59,734 nt of DNA from an uncultured Syntrophales bacterium (GTDB lineage Bacteria; Desulfobacterota; Syntrophia; Syntrophales; JAAYKM01), in assembly GCA_964408155.1 (NCBI GenBank), contig CAYOYJ010000001.1:1-59734 (forward strand), written 5' to 3'. A program made the translations under genes and the position numbers. Below the pieces are notes generated by a model. It saw nothing but the letters and a program-made list of their open reading frames with translations. It was not told the origin of the DNA and did no database searches. Below are positions 55,417 to 59,734 of the stretch, one piece after another. How positions within the stretch are numbered: position 1 is the first letter of the stretch; each line of letters opens with the position of its first letter.

Positions 55417-57330
55417 ATGAAGATTGAAAAGATCACTTTGCAGGATTTCAAGTGCTTCGAGGATCTGAACATCCGGTTCACGAAACCCGTCAATCTGATC
55501 TTCGGAGAGAACGCCTCGGGCAAAACCTCTATTGCCCAGGCCATCGCCCTGGCTCTGACCGGCCGGGTTAATGGCCAGAACGGCGGCGGCAGCGACCGCC
55601 GACCCCTGGTGCGCCATGACGCGGAGGAGTTCGCCGTCTCTGTCTCCCTTTCCCAAAACGGCGTCCCCGATCGTTTGGAGCATTACGATCTAACCCAGTA
55701 CGCCAGCGCCAAAGAGAGCACCGATCCCGAGACATTGTTCCAGGGACTGAAGACGAACCGGGAGACCCTCGGGGCCCTCCTGGAGACAACCAACTTTCTG
55801 AGCCTCCATCCCGACGAGAAGAAACGGGTCTTCTTCGATCTCTTGCCTGACCTGAAGGTGGATGGGAGCAACATGGCCCGTCACCTGGCCGCCTGGCTGA
55901 AGGCACGGCCGGAACTCTTCGCGAAGCACGGCATCGCCCCGGAGGAGGACCTCCTGGGGATGCTTGGCTCCTCCGCCACCCTGGAAGAGGCCTACGACCA
56001 GGCCTACGAGGAACGGCGGATCGCCCGGCGGGAGCTGAAGATCATGGGCGATCCTCCCCGGCTTCCCCGAGGCCTGACCAGGGAACAACTGGAGGCAGGC
56101 ATCAGCAAGAGGCGGGAAGAGCTTGCTTCCCTCCATGTCTCCATCGGCGAGACGAAGGGCATGGCGGAGGGGGAGCGCAGGCAGATCGAACGGGAACTGG
56201 CAAACATCGCCCAGGAATTGGAACGTCTGGAGACGCTCCTGAGGGATGCCGATCCGGCGGATCTCGAAACCCGGCTCGATGATCTGGAAAAAGAGCGCCT
56301 TGTCGTCGTGAAAGAGATCCAGAGCCTCAAGGAAGACTACGCCGCCCTCCAGCGAGAGACGGGGAAACTCCTGGCCCGGCAGGAACAGGAAGAGAAGGCC
56401 AGGGCAAAGGCAAAGACCTTCACCGGCCACTGCCCGGTATTTCCCGAGGTGATCTGCAAGACAAAAGCAGTGACCTCCAGAATCACGGCTGTCGTTGCCG
56501 ATCAAGCCGGAATCGATGCCGCCATCGAAGCGCAGACCGGAAAGACGAACGACGTTGTGCGTCGCCTCAGGGAAAATGAAGAGACATTGAATCAGACGAA
56601 CGGCGGGATCGCCGCTGCCAAAAACGCCCTGGCCCGACTGGCCGAGGCGCGGCGGAAAGAGGGCGACCTCCGGGAGAAACGGCGGGAGCTGGAGGCGGTC
56701 CTGGCTGCCGTGGGCGAAGACAAGGCAGCGGAAACGGAGCGGCTGAAGGAGCGGATCGCCCTCCTGCACGGTCAGATCCGGGAGGAGTCGGAACTTCTGG
56801 CCGCCCTGGAGAAGGCGGAGCGCATCCGGGCCCTGGAGGTGCGGGCCAACAAGCTGGAGGTCCTTACCCAGGCCTTTTCTCCCAAGGGGATCATGTCCGA
56901 ACTCATGCAGAGCGCCGCCGCCTCCCTCATGACCCTGGCCAACGGCCTGATGGGGGAGCTGACCGGCAACCGTTACGCCCTAGACATTGATTTTGAGGAA
57001 GGCTTCCGGATCTTCCTCTGCGATTACGAGAAGAGTTGCCGAACGGAGGTCAATCTGATTTCCGCAAGCGAACGGTTCCGGGTGGGCATCGTCCTGCAGG
57101 CGGTCTTGAGCGAACTGGCGGGGCTCCGCTTCATGGTCATCGACGGCATCGACGTCCTGGATCAGACCAACCGGGGCTTCTTTTTCCAGTTCCTCCGGAA
57201 GGCGCTGCCGCGCTTCGACCAGATCATCGGCTTCTGCACCACGGGCCAGCAGGCGCCGAAGAATCCTGGGCTCCTCGAGGTGGATTTTTTCCTTCTGGCC
57301 GACCGGCAATTGAGGCAAATCGCGGCGTAA
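55417..57330 (+). CDS. SMC/SbcC-like ATPase (AAA_23-type)
   Basis: MKIEKITLQDFKCFEDLNIRF...LIFGENASGKTSI (Walker A), a long coiled coil, and C-terminal ISASERFRVGIV (signature-like) and FMVIDGIDVLD (Walker B). Confidence 0.75.
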   Translation: MKIEKITLQDFKCFEDLNIRFTKPVNLIFGENASGKTSIAQAIALALTGRVNGQNGGGSDRRPLVRHDAEEFAVSVSLSQNGVPDRLEHYDLTQYASAKESTDPETLFQGLKTNRETLGALLETTNFLSLHPDEKKRVFFDLLPDLKVDGSNMARHLAAWLKARPELFAKHGIAPEEDLLGMLGSSATLEEAYDQAYEERRIARRELKIMGDPPRLPRGLTREQLEAGISKRREELASLHVSIGETKGMAEGERRQIERELANIAQELERLETLLRDADPADLETRLDDLEKERLVVVKEIQSLKEDYAALQRETGKLLARQEQEEKARAKAKTFTGHCPVFPEVICKTKAVTSRITAVVADQAGIDAAIEAQTGKTNDVVRRLRENEETLNQTNGGIAAAKNALARLAEARRKEGDLREKRRELEAVLAAVGEDKAAETERLKERIALLHGQIREESELLAALEKAERIRALEVRANKLEVLTQAFSPKGIMSELMQSAAASLMTLANGLMGELTGNRYALDIDFEEGFRIFLCDYEKSCRTEVNLISASERFRVGIVLQAVLSELAGLRFMVIDGIDVLDQTNRGFFFQFLRKALPRFDQIIGFCTTGQQAPKNPGLLEVDFFLLADRQLRQIAA

Positions 57331-57385
57331 CCCATCGGCCGGGGTGGACAGGAACACTATCCCGGCCTGATTCAAAAAGGGCGGC

Positions 57386-58348
57386 ATGAAAAGGACCGGA
57401 CATCCTAAACGAGAAGACGGCTATACCATGATCTTCAACGAACTCCTGGAAGCCTTGATGTGCGCCGACATCCCCAAGCGGGCGCGGAGGCTCATCGATG
57501 TGCAGATGCGCTTCTCATTCGGGTGCGGCCCGAAGACGTTCACCAGTTTGACCAAGAGCGAATATGCGGCCCTGGCCAACCTGGACTGGTCGGACACGCA
57601 TCGCGCCTTGCAGTGGCTGCTGGAGAAAAAGATTTTCGAACAGGATGAAAGGGACATGAAGCGATACCGGCTGAACAAATATTACCGCGACTGGATGGTT
57701 CAGGTGGGACTGCGGGATCTCCCGGACTACAAGAACCACCTCAGCAGGATGGTCAAGAAGCACCTCGGTTTCTCTGGTAAGACGCCAGAGCAATCTGGTG
57801 AAACACCAGATCCCCAACCTGGCAAAACGCCAGATGCAGCAGAGGCCCTGATCTGGCGAAACACCAGACGCCCATCTGGTGAATCGCCAGACGGCGATCT
57901 GGCAAAACGCCAGACTGAACTCGGTGATTCTTCTTTACAATCAGGCAGTTGTGACCTCCTAAAGAAAAAGAAAAGAAAAGGTAAAGAAAATAAAGATTAT
58001 GAAGAAGTATATTCATACTTCTTCTGTCGCGACCTTGCCGATTTGTTGGATGGTCATCCCTTCTTTTCCGGTCTGAAAACAGACGCGGGTTTCTGGAACG
58101 CCCTGGCAGCAGCTTACCCCGGACAAGACATCCCCATGCAGGTCAACCGCATGACCGCCTGGCTGATAGCCAACCCCAACAAACGATACAAGAATTACAA
58201 ACGGTTCATTCAAGGCTGGCTCTCCAGAGCCGACCGAAAGGAGAACGATCATGGAAAAGCAGGTATCGAGCACCGTCGAGGAGATCGGGACGATTCTCAA
58301 GAAAGGCCCGCTCCCTTTTCCGATATCCCGCCGGAACTCATCGCCTGA
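57386..58348 (+). CDS. replication initiator, phage RepO/DnaD-like N-terminal domain
   Basis: YTMIFNELLEALMCADIPKRARRLIDVQMRFSFG...KSEYAALANLDWSDTHRALQWLLEKKIF matches the winged-helix N-domain pattern of lambda-O-type proteins. Sits directly upstream of a DnaC-like loader. Confidence 0.6.
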   Translation: MKRTGHPKREDGYTMIFNELLEALMCADIPKRARRLIDVQMRFSFGCGPKTFTSLTKSEYAALANLDWSDTHRALQWLLEKKIFEQDERDMKRYRLNKYYRDWMVQVGLRDLPDYKNHLSRMVKKHLGFSGKTPEQSGETPDPQPGKTPDAAEALIWRNTRRPSGESPDGDLAKRQTELGDSSLQSGSCDLLKKKKRKGKENKDYEEVYSYFFCRDLADLLDGHPFFSGLKTDAGFWNALAAAYPGQDIPMQVNRMTAWLIANPNKRYKNYKRFIQGWLSRADRKENDHGKAGIEHRRGDRDDSQERPAPFSDIPPELIA

Positions 58349-59192
58349 GCCGGAAAGGAGATGCCCGGATTGCGGCGCACCACTTCATTCCATCTTCATG
58401 GATCATCCGTCCTACCTGAAGGTCACCGGGAAGGAGCCCCACTGGACGGAGCTTCCCTGCGAAGCCTGCGAGCGGGAGCGGTTTCTGCGTGAGATGGAGG
58501 AGAGGGCCAAAGACGCCGTCCAGCAGAGGTTGAACACCCTGCTTGCGAACAGCATGCTCCGGGAACGGTTCATCGACAAGACCTTTGAAAATTTTCTCCC
58601 GTTTGGGAAGGACAGGGAAAAGCAGCTCCGCGTCCTGTCCATCGCGCGCGATTTTGCCGGCGCATTTCATCGTCATCGCCGGTCGGGGACATGGCTTCTG
58701 TTCATGGGCAGCGTGGGCACAGGCAAGAGCCATCTCTGTGCCGCCATCATCAACGATGTCATTCGCTCCGGCTGCACGGCGCTCTTTACCAAGGCCCCCC
58801 GCCTCCTCAGGGAGGTCAAGGACACCTTCCACCGGGATTCGGAGATTTCCCAGAGCGAGATCATTGCCCGGATGGGTGAGATCGACCTCCTGGTCATCGA
58901 CGAGGTGGGCATCCAGTTCGGCACGGACACGGAACGGATGATCCTCTACGAGATCCTCGACCTGCGCTACGAGGCCATGCGGCCCGTGATCCTCACAACG
59001 AACATCACGGACCTGAAGAGCCTGGAGAAGCTCCTCGGGGAGCGGATCATCGACCGCCTCTTCGAAGGAGAATCGAGGATCGTCGTCTTTGAATGGGAGA
59101 GCTACCGGCGGTTTCAGAAAGCCGCTTCCGGGGCGGTGTCACCGTTCAAGGCGGAGGCAGGAATCCCTATGCCGGGAGGGCGGCGCCGATGA
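58251..59192 (+). CDS. DnaC/IstB-like helicase loader ATPase
   Basis: LLFMGSVGTGKSHL (Walker A), LLVIDEVG (Walker B) and an N-terminal CPDC...CEAC zinc-ribbon-like pair. Overlaps the initiator gene by 98 nt. Confidence 0.8.
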   Translation: MEKQVSSTVEEIGTILKKGPLPFPISRRNSSPEPERRCPDCGAPLHSIFMDHPSYLKVTGKEPHWTELPCEACERERFLREMEERAKDAVQQRLNTLLANSMLRERFIDKTFENFLPFGKDREKQLRVLSIARDFAGAFHRHRRSGTWLLFMGSVGTGKSHLCAAIINDVIRSGCTALFTKAPRLLREVKDTFHRDSEISQSEIIARMGEIDLLVIDEVGIQFGTDTERMILYEILDLRYEAMRPVILTTNITDLKSLEKLLGERIIDRLFEGESRIVVFEWESYRRFQKAASGAVSPFKAEAGIPMPGGRRR

Positions 59193-59734
59193 GGCAAATG
59201 ACTTTTTCCCTGCCTTTCCTGCCACCGTCCCTGAACGTCTATCGGAATGACCATTGGCGGAAACAGAGGGGCGAGGAAAAGACATGGAAGGATTATATCG
59301 CCGTGAAGTGGGCGGAAATGGGCAGGCCGAAGCTGAAGACCGTCCGGATCGCCATGGTCTTCTCCTTCCCCAACCGGCGGACCCGTGACCTGGACAACTA
59401 CCTGGCCACGGGGAGCAAGCTGGTGGGGGATGCCATCAAGGGGCTCTTCATCCCCGATGACAACCCGGAGCACCTGACGGCATGGAGCTTCCGGTTCGAA
59501 TTCGGGGAAGAGGCCAAGACGACGATTGTGATCGAGGAGGCGGGTCGGGGCGTAACCGGCGACCAGGCGACGCTTTGGGAAGACAGTTCTGCCCGGGCGA
59601 GAAAGACGATTGCCTTTCCCGGCGATGATTCTGAATGTCCCGCCGAAAATCCAGCTTCGATGGAGCGCCGTATCAGTCAGCAGGCAACGGAGCCGGAGGC
59701 TGCCATCGGCCGCCCTGCTTGCACCCTCTATGAG
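59189..59734 (+). CDS. rusA: RusA-family Holliday junction resolvase (3' end beyond window)
   Basis: LPFLPPSLNVYRNDHWRKQ...RRTRDLDNYLATGSKLVGDAIKGLFIPDDNPEHL follows the RusA pattern. ATG 59189 overlaps the upstream stop. The frame stays open to the window end, so it is absent from the ORF track. Confidence 0.7.
   Translation, partial: MRQMTFSLPFLPPSLNVYRNDHWRKQRGEEKTWKDYIAVKWAEMGRPKLKTVRIAMVFSFPNRRTRDLDNYLATGSKLVGDAIKGLFIPDDNPEHLTAWSFRFEFGEEAKTTIVIEEAGRGVTGDQATLWEDSSARARKTIAFPGDDSECPAENPASMERRISQQATEPEAAIGRPACTLYE

Noticed and set aside
1-59734. CRISPR arrays, tRNA, rRNA or tmRNA genes
   Set aside because: I noticed no regularly spaced short repeats and no tRNA-like T-arm (GGTTCGAATCC-type) or rRNA signatures while reading both strands. 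A tRNAscan/Infernal/CRISPR-finder run would be needed to be certain.

Overview
This 59.7-kb window is a mosaic rich in mobile elements. A GC-rich backbone (about 780-7060, 24230-31900 and 51200-59734, all genes on +) encodes plasmid/ICE/phage-like functions. The first block has a C11 peptidase, a lytic transglycosylase, HU, a Nuc-like PLD nuclease and an MBL hydrolase / metallophosphoesterase / B12-radical-SAM trio. The second has a SLOG/DprA-like protein, SSB and a Ski2-like helicase fused to an OmpR-type wHTH. The third has a Com-like Zn finger, a Cas4-like nuclease, a Sak4-like ATPase, an SMC-like ATPase, a RepO-like initiator, a DnaC-like loader and RusA. Two lower-GC islands sit inside this backbone. 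Island 1 (7104-24229) is a patatin / CD-NTase / E2 CBASS operon with divergent CapH/CapP-like regulators. Its effector gene capV is split by an 11.9-kb IS21-bounded composite transposon with a 5-bp TSD (CCTTG). The transposon carries IS66 and group II intron remnants, an Lnu-family nucleotidyltransferase, a nucleoside phosphorylase, an IS91-family transposase and a Sul-type dihydropteroate synthase. Island 2 (31954-50874) holds an AbiEi/AbiEii pair followed by a tightly packed nine-gene BREX-like operon with a non-canonical gene set: PglX first, a DUF4007-like protein, a small protein, BrxC, PglZ, a BrxL-like ATPase ending in a MIT_C/PLD-like domain instead of a Lon protease, and three uncharacterised genes. 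This operon converges on a helicase-nuclease gene pair. I recognised no rRNA, tRNA or CRISPR array. All family calls rest on motifs read by eye and on remembered family signatures; no searches were run.
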